A DNA stretch of 40,722 nucleotides from a virus. The notes beneath the pieces were generated by a model. The model saw nothing but the letters and a program-made list of their open reading frames with translations. It was not told where the DNA came from and searched no databases. Below, piece by piece: positions 17,314 through 24,394 of the stretch. The stretch spans positions 1-40,722 of IMG/VR virus record IMGVR_UViG_3300032355_000002; one strand, 5' to 3'. Position 1 is the first letter of the stretch, and every line of letters begins with the position of its first letter. The position numbers and the translations under genes were made by a program.

Positions 17314-17573
17314 TGCTGCGGGCCGGGCTTGATACCGGCTACTGCCTGCTAAGGCGGGCTCCTCTTGGTCCGGCACCCGCTGTCGTCAGCCTCGTCAAAC
17401 GAACCGCTCCTTCGCGGTCGCCGCAGCCCTCGAAAGGTAGCACCATGCTAGCCAAACTCAAGTCCGTTCTACGTCGCGTCTGGCGGTGGCGGTCCGCGAT
17501 CACCGGAAGGTACGTCAGCCGCACCTACGCTGAGGCGCATCCGGAGACGACTACGCGGGAGCGGGTGAGGTGA
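17310..17573 (+). CDS. Hypothetical protein; start uncertain (87 aa from GTG 17310, or 42 aa from ATG 17445)
   Basis: Seen, by hand count: GC3 is about 67 percent for the first 45 codons and about 79 percent for the last 42. The C-terminal RSAITGRYVSRTYAEAHPETTTRE resembles a small conserved phage or plasmid motif that I cannot name. Confidence 0.4.
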   Translation: MMLRAGLDTGYCLLRRAPLGPAPAVVSLVKRTAPSRSPQPSKGSTMLAKLKSVLRRVWRWRSAITGRYVSRTYAEAHPETTTRERVR

Positions 17574-17718
17574 GGGACAGTAGCGCAACTACCTTCGGGC
17601 GCCCTCACGCGGCCCAGCATGACCTCCGGCTTGAGGTTGGTCACGCCTGTTCACCTAACCCCTAAACGCGTGGCCTTTGCGCCTCAAGCAGGGTCCGCCA
17701 TGAACTTGCAGGAACCTT

Positions 17719-17862
17719 ATGATGAATGTCGGTAAGCTGGTCAAGTCCGTAGCCCGCACCGCGAAGGACAATCCCGAACTGGCGCTGATGCTCGCCGTCA
17801 TCGTCGCGCCCAAGCTGGCCCGCAAGGTAGCGCCGGTGGTCGTGGCGGTGGCGAGGCGGTGA
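17719..17862 (+). CDS. Small hydrophobic/amphipathic peptide, 47 aa (below the ORF-track cutoff)
   Basis: Seen: ATG with AGGA 5 nt upstream. GC3 is about 87 percent by hand count. The product is MMNVGKLVKSVARTAKDNPELALMLAVIVAPKLARKVAPVVVAVARR. Its TGA overlaps the next GTG start (GTGA). Confidence 0.5.
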   Translation: MMNVGKLVKSVARTAKDNPELALMLAVIVAPKLARKVAPVVVAVARR

Positions 17863-18095
17863 AGCGCACACGGCGCACCCACCGTGACCGCGGACAGGTC
17901 GGCATTGTCATGCGCTACCTGAATGAGCGGCGCGGCGAGGTCGTCACCAAGGATGACTTGATCCGCGCGCTCTATCCCAACCCGGACCGGGAGCCCACCC
18001 TACCCGGCGACGTTGCGCGGAAGATGCTCACGATCCTACGGTGTGAGCATGGCGTGACGATCGAAACAGTATCGGGCTGGCGGTTGCCTAAGTAG
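17859..18095 (+). CDS. Stand-alone OmpR/PhoB-type winged-helix DNA-binding protein, 78 aa
   Basis: Recall: RGEVVTKDDLIRALYP...VARKMLTILRCEHGVTIETVSGWRL follows the Trans_reg_C pattern (vvsreqL..avw......v.v.i.rLR.k......I.Tv.g.GYrl). No receiver domain is present. Confidence 0.6.
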   Translation: MKRTRRTHRDRGQVGIVMRYLNERRGEVVTKDDLIRALYPNPDREPTLPGDVARKMLTILRCEHGVTIETVSGWRLPK

Positions 18096-18098
18096 CTC

Positions 18099-18665
18099 TC
18101 AGACCTTCCTCTCCCGCTCTGCTAGCTCACGGCCACGCTTGATGGCGGCCAGGGCGACACGCACCCGCGACTCCCTGTCGTATTGCCCGGCGCGCACCTC
18201 CTTAGCCCACACCTGCGGCCAATCACGGTCACCAACCGTTGCTATCGCCACTTCTCGCGCTTCCAGCAGGTCCGGGTCCACCGGCTGCGGTAGCTCGGCT
18301 ACGATGGCGGTTGCCTCCCGCATGGTGTAGAGGTCCCCAGACGCCATCGCGCTATCGGCACAACGTCGAACCAGCGCCACCATCCGCGCCTGTAGTTCCA
18401 GTGAGATCAACGGCTGGGAGTTCTCTGCATTTTCTGCGAATTTGTCAGGCGAGCGATTGCGGATGCGCCAAGGGCAACCGCCATGATCCTCATCAACATG
18501 AGTGCCGTCAGCGCGAAAGAATACTTGCTCGATACCATGATCGGGGTAGACTTCGTATTCCCCAGCGCTGTCAGGTCCGTCATCGTTTATAGCCCGGCGC
18601 ATACTCACTACCCGACCGCTCTCATGAACGGCCTCTAATGGCTTGTTCCAATCTACAGAGGTCAC
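18099..18665 (-). CDS. Hypothetical protein, 188 aa (last gene of the leftward arm)
   Basis: Seen: I chose the GTG that overlaps the upstream TGA (GTGA) instead of the track start 18770, which would overlap the previous gene by about 100 nt. The WNKPLEAV...GRVV motif is like common prophage proteins of unknown function. Confidence 0.6.
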   Translation of the reverse strand: MTSVDWNKPLEAVHESGRVVSMRRAINDDGPDSAGEYEVYPDHGIEQVFFRADGTHVDEDHGGCPWRIRNRSPDKFAENAENSQPLISLELQARMVALVRRCADSAMASGDLYTMREATAIVAELPQPVDPDLLEAREVAIATVGDRDWPQVWAKEVRAGQYDRESRVRVALAAIKRGRELAERERKV

Positions 18666-18904
18666 GTCACGGTCTCCTGTTCGACGGGAGGGGCGGGGAG
18701 GTAGTAGAGACCAGCGACGTTGAACGCCGGGTGCGTGCTCGCCAGTCGAAACGACTTCGGCTGATCCCATTCGGCGCGGGCGAAGCTGTAGGCCCGGTTA
18801 GCATCGAAATCGTCAGCATAGCCGCCGCGGAACGAATCAAGCACCAACCGATAGCCCTCTGGCGGCCTCCAGCCGTTGGGGTCGGAGGGGGTCATGGCCG
18901 CCAC
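18662..18904 (-). CDS. Hypothetical protein, 80 aa
   Basis: Seen: high-GC3 frame, packed between neighbours. No family recognised. Confidence 0.55.
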   Translation of the reverse strand: MAAMTPSDPNGWRPPEGYRLVLDSFRGGYADDFDANRAYSFARAEWDQPKSFRLASTHPAFNVAGLYYLPAPPVEQETVT

Positions 18905-19092
18905 GCTAACCGGCCACCTGGATATGCCGCTTCGAGAGTTCCCTCAGCTAGGGCGACCCACTTTCGCTTAGTGGCGCGTGGCGTATCCTCCCAAGGCGTT
19001 AGCCGCTTCCCGGACTGCTGAGTGTCACGCAGATGCTTCGCCGCGCGATCAATCGCAGCGTCATGATGCAGACTCACTCCCGTATCATCCAT
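18892..19092 (-). CDS. Hypothetical protein, 66 aa
   Basis: Seen: ATG with AAGGAG 9 nt upstream. No family recognised. Confidence 0.55.
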   Translation of the reverse strand: MDDTGVSLHHDAAIDRAAKHLRDTQQSGKRLTPWEDTPRATKRKWVALAEGTLEAAYPGGRLAWRP

Positions 19093-19114
19093 GGTATAGA
19101 CTCCTTTGAGGGGG

Positions 19115-19456
19115 TTAGGCGGGGAGGGTGGCGGCTCGGGCGCGTAGAGCAGCGGCGGTCAGAGCTATGGCGGGCTCCCACGCATGGGCAATGCCCTCCG
19201 CGTCGTCCGGCCGCAGGAGCCAGCAGCGCCAGCGCCAGTGGTATGCGCCCTGTTGCTCGAACTCGTGGACTTTGAAGCTCTCCGGCACCAGCGTCATCGC
19301 GGCGTCGAGGGAGGCAGTAGGCCGGATCAGACAGTCGGCCGCGTGCCAGCCTAGTACGTTCATGCAGGCGCCGATTGCAGCATCTAAAGCTGCATCTGGC
19401 CCACTCGCCGCCTCGCACCGCTCCGCTAGCGCCCCCAGCGTCTCTCGGTCCGTCAT
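19115..19456 (-). CDS. Hypothetical protein, 113 aa (common alphaproteobacterial prophage-type protein)
   Basis: Seen: ATG 19456 with AAGGAG upstream (the track start 19534 is an upstream extension). Recall: the ...SLDAAMTLVP...PAIALTAAALRARA pattern recurs in prophage proteins of unknown function. Confidence 0.6.
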   Translation of the reverse strand: MTDRETLGALAERCEAASGPDAALDAAIGACMNVLGWHAADCLIRPTASLDAAMTLVPESFKVHEFEQQGAYHWRWRCWLLRPDDAEGIAHAWEPAIALTAAALRARAATLPA

Positions 19457-19472
19457 CCTCACTCTCCTTGTT

Positions 19473-19865
19473 CTACGCGGACGGGTTGGATGAACGATCA
19501 GCGAGGATGACGCGAAGTCCGGCAGCGCGGGCACGACGCATCATATCATCTGTCCCGCGGTTGCCTGGGAAGGCTACCACGTAATCGGGCCGTCCCTCAT
19601 CGATCATTCGCTGATTGCGTAGTGGACCAGCCGCGGCGCCGTATCGCTGCCATTCTGCCGCGAAGGTCAGCACCTCGCACCCGTTTGTTGCCGCCCACTC
19701 GCGCGCAAGCTTATCGGCTCCACGTGCGCCGCCTTGGATGATGACCGACCCACGAGGCAGATATAAATCATCCATCACGAGGCTTAAGGCCAACTCGCGA
19801 TCATACTGCCGTCCGCCGCACACTAGGACGCGCCGCGGCTTCGCGCTATCTACCGTATCGTTCAT
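19473..19865 (-). CDS. DUF2493 / SLOG-superfamily (YpsA/DprA-LOG-like) protein, 130 aa
   Basis: Recall: RVLVCGGRQY...VIIQGGARGADKLAREWAATNGCEVLTFAAEWQRYGAAAGPLRNQRMI...VVAFPGNRGTDDMMRRARAAGLRVI matches the DUF2493 pattern closely. Seen: ATG 19865 with GAGGTG 6 nt upstream. Confidence 0.75.
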   Translation of the reverse strand: MNDTVDSAKPRRVLVCGGRQYDRELALSLVMDDLYLPRGSVIIQGGARGADKLAREWAATNGCEVLTFAAEWQRYGAAAGPLRNQRMIDEGRPDYVVAFPGNRGTDDMMRRARAAGLRVILADRSSNPSA

Positions 19866-19888
19866 CAAGCACCTCACGCTTGGTGGCC

Positions 19889-19919
19889 GCGCCCGTCGAG
19901 TTTGCCGCTCGGCGGGCGC
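19889..19919. other. Strong 12-bp GC-rich hairpin between int and the accessory cassette
   Basis: Seen: gcgcccgtcgag (19889-19900) pairs with ctcggcgggcgc (19908-19919), with one G-T wobble and a 7-nt loop. On the + strand it is followed by aactgttttcc. Possible terminator or processing site; the functional strand is unclear. Confidence 0.4.
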
Positions 19920-20075
19920 AACTGTTTTCCACTTGACCGCCTAGCACGCAGCCTTCCGTGGCCTGTTTTCCGCGAACGGGGCGCGAACGATGGCGCAAAA
20001 GCTGTAAAACGTGGTAATTGGGGCTTAGCGACAAAGCCAGCTTTTCCGGCGATTCGATCACTTATTTTCCGCCCG
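19920..20075. other. Candidate attP region (repeat-rich non-coding DNA at the 3' end of int)
   Basis: Seen: CTGTTTTCC occurs twice (19922-30, 19963-71). TTTTCCG occurs three times (19966-72, 20042-48, 20065-71). CGCGAACG occurs twice (19971-78, 19982-89). Inference: attP normally flanks int, and such short repeats could be arm-type sites. The core itself is not identifiable from this sequence alone. Confidence 0.35.
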
Positions 20076-21104
20076 GTTTCCACGGCCCCCATCCGTTCCC
20101 TGCCACTGGAGAACCGCGGCCGACGCCAATTTTCGGTTGTTGCGGCGCTTGGCGTAGTGCTCCACCATGCCGAGCGACTGGCCGGATATGGCCGCCGTCT
20201 GAGCCGTCGAGCACCCCGCCTCTAGAAGGGCGATAACCGCGTTCTTTCGCAATCCGTGCGGCACGATCTTGTGCCCTCGCGCAGCCGCCCATTTCTGTAG
20301 CCGGCGACGTACCGTCTCGTGGTGGATTGGGCGACCGCGCTTCCCTGGTAGGATTGTCAGCGCCTCTTTAGGCGTCGCGTCGAGAATGGCGGCAAGGTGC
20401 GCGTGAAGCCGGATATCCAGCTCATTCCCGGTTTTGTCCTGGCGGACATACAGGGACCCGTGCCGGATGTCGTTCCACCGCATCCGGCACACGTCGCCGA
20501 TCCGCTGCGCCGTGTAGTAGAGCAGGGCGACGGGCAACTGCACCTCCGGGTCTGTCAGCGCGTCCTCTAGGAGCGGCAGCGGCCATGGTTCATGCTCCGC
20601 CCCGCTGCCTTCCATCTCCTCAACGCCGTCGCAGGGTGACGTTTCGATCCAGTCCTTCGACAGGGCGAGCGCGAACAAGTTCCGCAAAACGCCAAGCGCC
20701 ATGTTCGCCGCACCAGGACGGTCGGTCATCTTGTCCAGCAAGGCGCGCACGTCTCGACGCTCCACCTGATCTACGGGCGCCTCGCCCATCTCGCTCGCGA
20801 TGCGACGCAGGTAAATGCCGTAGGTTTTCTGCGTGGACTGACTACGCTTCGTGTATCGGGGATCGCGCTCGTACAGGTCGATCAGGGCGGCCATGGTCGG
20901 CAGCACGACCACGTTGGCGCGGGCCGTGCGCCCGGCCAGCATACCGGCATAGGCGCGGGCGAACGCGGGATCGTTGCGTGACGGCAAGCGGTTCAGTAAC
21001 TCACGCCCGTCCACCAGCCTGCCGGTCCGAAAATACTCGTAGGTCCGCAACCCCCGACGCACGGTCTTAATATGGGGCAGGGGACCGGATACCCGCCTAG
21101 CCAT
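20058..21104 (-). CDS. int: Tyrosine recombinase / phage integrase, 348 aa
   Basis: Recall: catalytic-domain signatures are present (LLYYTAQRIGDV, HGLRKNAVIALLEAG, SLGMVEHYAKRR, giving R...HxxR...Y). It lies immediately downstream of an excisionase-like gene. Confidence 0.9.
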   Translation of the reverse strand: MARRVSGPLPHIKTVRRGLRTYEYFRTGRLVDGRELLNRLPSRNDPAFARAYAGMLAGRTARANVVVLPTMAALIDLYERDPRYTKRSQSTQKTYGIYLRRIASEMGEAPVDQVERRDVRALLDKMTDRPGAANMALGVLRNLFALALSKDWIETSPCDGVEEMEGSGAEHEPWPLPLLEDALTDPEVQLPVALLYYTAQRIGDVCRMRWNDIRHGSLYVRQDKTGNELDIRLHAHLAAILDATPKEALTILPGKRGRPIHHETVRRRLQKWAAARGHKIVPHGLRKNAVIALLEAGCSTAQTAAISGQSLGMVEHYAKRRNNRKLASAAVLQWQGTDGGRGNRAENK

Positions 21105-21321
21105 ACAGCTTGGCAGCCGATCGCCAGTCGTTGCCGCCGTCGCCTGACAGGCGGCCTAGATGCTCGTCTATGGCCGCGCGGCTCCAATGCTCGCTGTTGC
21201 CGAGCTTGAAGGGCAGGGGGAGGCGACCAGCGCCAACCTCGCGCTCGAACTCAGGCACGCTCAGATCGCAATAAAGGGCAGCCGTTCCGCGCTTCATCGT
21301 GCGAGGCCAATCAGGCGCCAT
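21097..21321 (-). CDS. xis: Excisionase / AlpA-like small HTH protein, 74 aa
   Basis: Recall: TAALYCDLSVPEFEREVGAGRLPLPFKLGNSEHWSRAAIDEHL fits the AlpA/Xis (MerR-like HTH_17) pattern. Seen: it overlaps the int start by 8 nt. The start could also be ATG 21297 or the track start 21378. Confidence 0.65.
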   Translation of the reverse strand: MAPDWPRTMKRGTAALYCDLSVPEFEREVGAGRLPLPFKLGNSEHWSRAAIDEHLGRLSGDGGNDWRSAAKLYG

Positions 21322-21328
21322 CTCGCCC

Positions 21329-21934
21329 CTACCCCTCACCAGCGGCACGGATGGTCTCGGAATGGTTGGGATTCCCAACCTTTTCTCCGGCGGCGGCGGG
21401 ACTGATTTCCTCTGCGCTGCTTTTTGCCGCTAAGTCTCTGGCATCATTGCCCAAACCACTGATTTCCTCGGTGGCGGCGGGAAGGGCACGGATGGCGGCG
21501 GCCGAGAAGATGCAGGCGTCCTTCTGCCCCATGCGGTACAGCCTGTCGGTTTGTGTCTTGACGGCTTCTTGCCCGTAGCGATAGCAACCCGCCTCACCGT
21601 CTAGGAAAGCGGCCGCCTCCTCCCGCCCGGCCGCGCGCTGCTGGGCTGCGGACGAGGTAAGCTCCATCAGCTTCGGCAGCATCTCGTTGACCCACACCTG
21701 CGACGGGCTGACGGCACGCGCGTTGATGCCGAGTAACTTGCCGAGATGGTAAAAGGCGGCGACATAGCCGTCGTTCTTCGGCTGCTGGGCTGCCACCTCG
21801 GCGGCGTAGGCGAGCACTACGTCTGCCAGCGCGTCGATCTCGCGGCGATCCAGCCGGTCAACCAGCGGGTCGCCGTCCCATGCGCCTTCGACGGTCGCCA
21901 GCAGTTCAAGTGCTCGGATGCGAGACTTAGTCAC
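21329..21934 (-). CDS. Hypothetical protein, 201 aa
   Basis: Seen: the GTG start overlaps the upstream TGA (GTGA), and the frame has high GC3. No family recognised. Confidence 0.6.
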   Translation of the reverse strand: MTKSRIRALELLATVEGAWDGDPLVDRLDRREIDALADVVLAYAAEVAAQQPKNDGYVAAFYHLGKLLGINARAVSPSQVWVNEMLPKLMELTSSAAQQRAAGREEAAAFLDGEAGCYRYGQEAVKTQTDRLYRMGQKDACIFSAAAIRALPAATEEISGLGNDARDLAAKSSAEEISPAAAGEKVGNPNHSETIRAAGEG

Positions 21935-22371
21935 CGATCTACTCCCGAAGCATTGCGGGCAGTTACCCGTACAGCCTTTTCAGCAACACGGGGCCGAGCA
22001 CGGCGACACTCCCTACAGATGCGATACCCAAGCCTACTGGTGTAAGTGTTGGCCGAGGTGAACTGATGCCCACGGTCGCAGTGCGTCTTTCTACCCTGCA
22101 CGTTTCGTACGCCGCGCACGCGCGGATCGTGCTTCACGTGACAGAGATAGCACAGCCATTCGACGACAAGCGGCTTATCGTAGCCAGCATAATGATGAGC
22201 GTGGATGCGACTACGCCCATCACTGCCCGGCCCCGGATCACTACCGCATTCGGAGCAGAGCGCCGGGCGCACAAGCCTTCCTGCCTCGATGGCACGCCGA
22301 ACAGCGGTTCTGGCTCGCGCCCGCTCGACGCCGTTCTCCGCCAGCACCTCTCGGGCTCGTTCGATGGTCAT
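21931..22371 (-). CDS. HNH endonuclease with C-terminal Zn-ribbon, 146 aa
   Basis: Recall: CSECGS...RIHAHHYAGYDKPLVVEWLCYLCHVKHD is a classic HNH core. Seen: the C-terminal KTHCDRGHQFTSANTY...YRICRECRR module is shared with the two other HNH genes. ATG 22371 overlaps the upstream TGA. Confidence 0.75.
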   Translation of the reverse strand: MTIERAREVLAENGVERARARTAVRRAIEAGRLVRPALCSECGSDPGPGSDGRSRIHAHHYAGYDKPLVVEWLCYLCHVKHDPRVRGVRNVQGRKTHCDRGHQFTSANTYTSRLGYRICRECRRARPRVAEKAVRVTARNASGVDR

Positions 22372-22739
22372 GGGCGGACTCTCCAATCACGCTCGTTTTC
22401 GTCCGCGAACCAGCAGTTAGGCGGGGCTCCCCAGAAAAGCGGAGTGATTTGCTCGCTGGTATAGCCGGCCAGACCGCACCCTATGGGGGTGACCTGAAAC
22501 AGGAGTTCGGGATTATCGTCGGCATATTGGACGAACTGGCGGACGTACCGCCCAATCTCGTCTAATGCCAAGGTGCGAAGAGCGCTGTCTTTGGTCGGTA
22601 TAGCATAAGCATTGCCGGTCCGGCCTTCGCCCACACCATATCGCGCGCCCCGCTGCTTGAGGGCGAACTTAGCCGCTCCGGCGCCATGGCGGCCCGCCAG
22701 ATTGCTACCGAACACAAATACAGGATCACTCTCGCTCAC
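22368..22739 (-). CDS. Macro-domain-like phage protein, 123 aa (GSNxxGxHGxGAA family; I believe the A1S_2505-type phage non-structural family)
   Basis: Recall: FVFGSNLAGRHGAGAAKFA parallels the macro-domain N..GGG..A loop, and TPIGCGLAGY parallels the macro P.ISTG.YG loop. YAIPTKD is conserved in this phage family. The biochemical role is unknown to me. Confidence 0.55.
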   Translation of the reverse strand: MSESDPVFVFGSNLAGRHGAGAAKFALKQRGARYGVGEGRTGNAYAIPTKDSALRTLALDEIGRYVRQFVQYADDNPELLFQVTPIGCGLAGYTSEQITPLFWGAPPNCWFADENERDWRVRP

Positions 22740-22990
22740 CGGCCATCCTCCTGCGGGGTGGGGCTGGGTGCCCCGAGATTCCGGGGGACCTCCCCGTCAG
22801 GCGAGAGGGCGGCGACAAGCAAGGCCACGTCATCGAACCTCAGTTCCGGCCCTACTTCGCCTAGGCCGAGCGGAACGTCGTTCTCAGCCAGCCACTTCCT
22901 GACACGCCCGAGTGCGTTGTGGAGATCCCCCACCCCACCAGGGGCGTCGGGCTCGGTGCCGGTGGCGGGGAGGGCCTTCGGTTCGCTCAT
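22736..22990 (-). CDS. Hypothetical protein, 84 aa
   Basis: Seen: ATGA overlap upstream and GTGA overlap downstream, in a high-GC3 frame. No family recognised. Confidence 0.5.
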   Translation of the reverse strand: MSEPKALPATGTEPDAPGGVGDLHNALGRVRKWLAENDVPLGLGEVGPELRFDDVALLVAALSPDGEVPRNLGAPSPTPQEDGR

Positions 22991-23454
22991 GCGGCTTCTC
23001 CGGAATGCGGAAGGCGACTACCTCGTGTCCGGCGATTGTAAGCGCGCGCTTGTTGCCGGTAGCATATGGCGCATTCACGCCAGCCTTTCAGAAGGGAAGT
23101 CCTGCGTAGATTGCCATCAACCAAGGCGTGACCGCGTGGACAGTGCGTTTTCTGCGCGTTCTTGGCGGTAGGCCCTTCTCCGCGTAGAGTGTTGATCTGC
23201 GGAGTTACTGGCTGCAAGTGCGCAGGATTAACGCAGCACGGGTTTCTACATAGATGGTCCAGTACCATTCCAACTGGAACGGGATGAACCTTCTCTTCGT
23301 AAGATATGCGATGCGCTGGCGTGCTACGTCCAGCGCGCATTACGTAGCCATAACCGCTAATTGCTCCGCGAGGTTCGCGGCGGCTACCTTGCCACTCCCA
23401 ACACTCGTCAGGACCTCTGATAGCCACCTTTAACCAGAAATCTTCAGAGGTCAT
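22987..23454 (-). CDS. HNH endonuclease (HNH_3 type) with C-terminal Zn-ribbon, 155 aa
   Basis: Recall: CWEWQG...GYGYV...AHRISYE...VLDHLCRNPCCVNPAHLQPVT is the HNH_3 signature. It is followed by KTHCPRGHALVDGNL...RECAIC. Confidence 0.8.
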   Translation of the reverse strand: MTSEDFWLKVAIRGPDECWEWQGSRREPRGAISGYGYVMRAGRSTPAHRISYEEKVHPVPVGMVLDHLCRNPCCVNPAHLQPVTPQINTLRGEGPTAKNAQKTHCPRGHALVDGNLRRTSLLKGWRECAICYRQQARAYNRRTRGSRLPHSGEAA

Positions 23455-24394
23455 GCCGACCTCCCACCGCGAGCATGGCGGACCAGACCTGCGTCACCTC
23501 GGCTGCACTACCGACCGGATCGGAAGCACCGTAAGGGAGGTACGGCATAGCCGCCGCTACCATAGGCCCGGTTGGCACCTCCGGCACCAGCACGTAGCCG
23601 GGAGGAACGGTCGCCGCCCCGCCGTCCTGGGCAGGGGCGTTCTCCAACTCGCGGCGCACGACATCGAAGGTCGCGACGACGGCCTTGCCGCAGACAGCGC
23701 ACGGGTTGTTCTCGCCAGAAGGCCGGCCCTCGCACGCAACACAAGATGGCGCGCCTGGCTCTGGCGTGGGGCGGGCTAGGGCGGCTGTCCGGTCGGCCGA
23801 GTGGGTCGTACGCTCGGTCAATCGAACTAGAGTCGCGTCAGCCGGTTGCCGCTTCCAGAACGCAGCGGCCTTGTCCAAGGTCGCGAACGACTGCCGCCCC
23901 GTCATCGGCTTAGGATGGGCCGGCGGGCGAGCCGCGCCTATCCATTCCAACTCGAAAGCCTTGTCGCCGTCCCTCCCGCTCCCGTCGAGAGCGGACGCGG
24001 TGAGGCGGGCGCTTGGAGGCGCAGGCGGGTATCGCCAATGCGTAGCCCCGTGCAGTTCGTCCCCGACGTTTGCGCACGCCTCACGCCACCCTTCACGGTC
24101 GCTGCCGGCAAGGTTGTCGCGCCACATCGCCCAATATGCTAGGCATACTTCGGCCGACAGGTTCTCGCCCCAGAGTAGAACCGTTGAGCCGTCTCGCGGC
24201 GCCATTTCGATTGTCCGCCAGCCTTCCCGGCCGGTAGCGAGCGCCGCAACGATGCGGTCGCCATGCTGGTGCATGAACAGCGCGAGCTGGGCGATAGGGC
24301 CATCCTCGGGTACTAGGTCGAACTCGCGCCCGCGTGCCGCATCGTGAAGCGCGGCCACCTCGGCGCGCAGCGCTTCATGCTCTGCCTCCATCAT
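23444..24394 (-). CDS. Hypothetical protein, 316 aa, with a DUF551-like WRTIEMAPRDG module and a CxxC...CxxC segment
   Basis: Seen: ATGA overlap with the upstream stop. GWRTIEMAPRDGSTVLLWG is shared with the 26861..27172 product. There is also a CVACEG...CAVCG pair. Confidence 0.65.
   Translation of the reverse strand: MMEAEHEALRAEVAALHDAARGREFDLVPEDGPIAQLALFMHQHGDRIVAALATGREGWRTIEMAPRDGSTVLLWGENLSAEVCLAYWAMWRDNLAGSDREGWREACANVGDELHGATHWRYPPAPPSARLTASALDGSGRDGDKAFELEWIGAARPPAHPKPMTGRQSFATLDKAAAFWKRQPADATLVRLTERTTHSADRTAALARPTPEPGAPSCVACEGRPSGENNPCAVCGKAVVATFDVVRRELENAPAQDGGAATVPPGYVLVPEVPTGPMVAAAMPYLPYGASDPVGSAAEVTQVWSAMLAVGGRHDL

Noticed and set aside
17655-17882. Minus-strand ORFs 17655..17882 and 17662..17871, antisense to the 47-aa peptide gene
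   Set aside because: The + frame has about 87 percent GC3, a good RBS and coupling to the next gene. The minus-strand products are Ala/Thr/Ser- or Arg/His-rich.
20040-20075. tRNA-like T-arm fragment (gattcgatc / atcgaatcg) at the int 3' end as evidence for a tRNA-derived attP core
   Set aside because: The flanking bases do not form the 5-bp T-stem, and no acceptor-stem/CCA-like continuation is present. I could not support any tRNA or tRNA fragment anywhere in the window.
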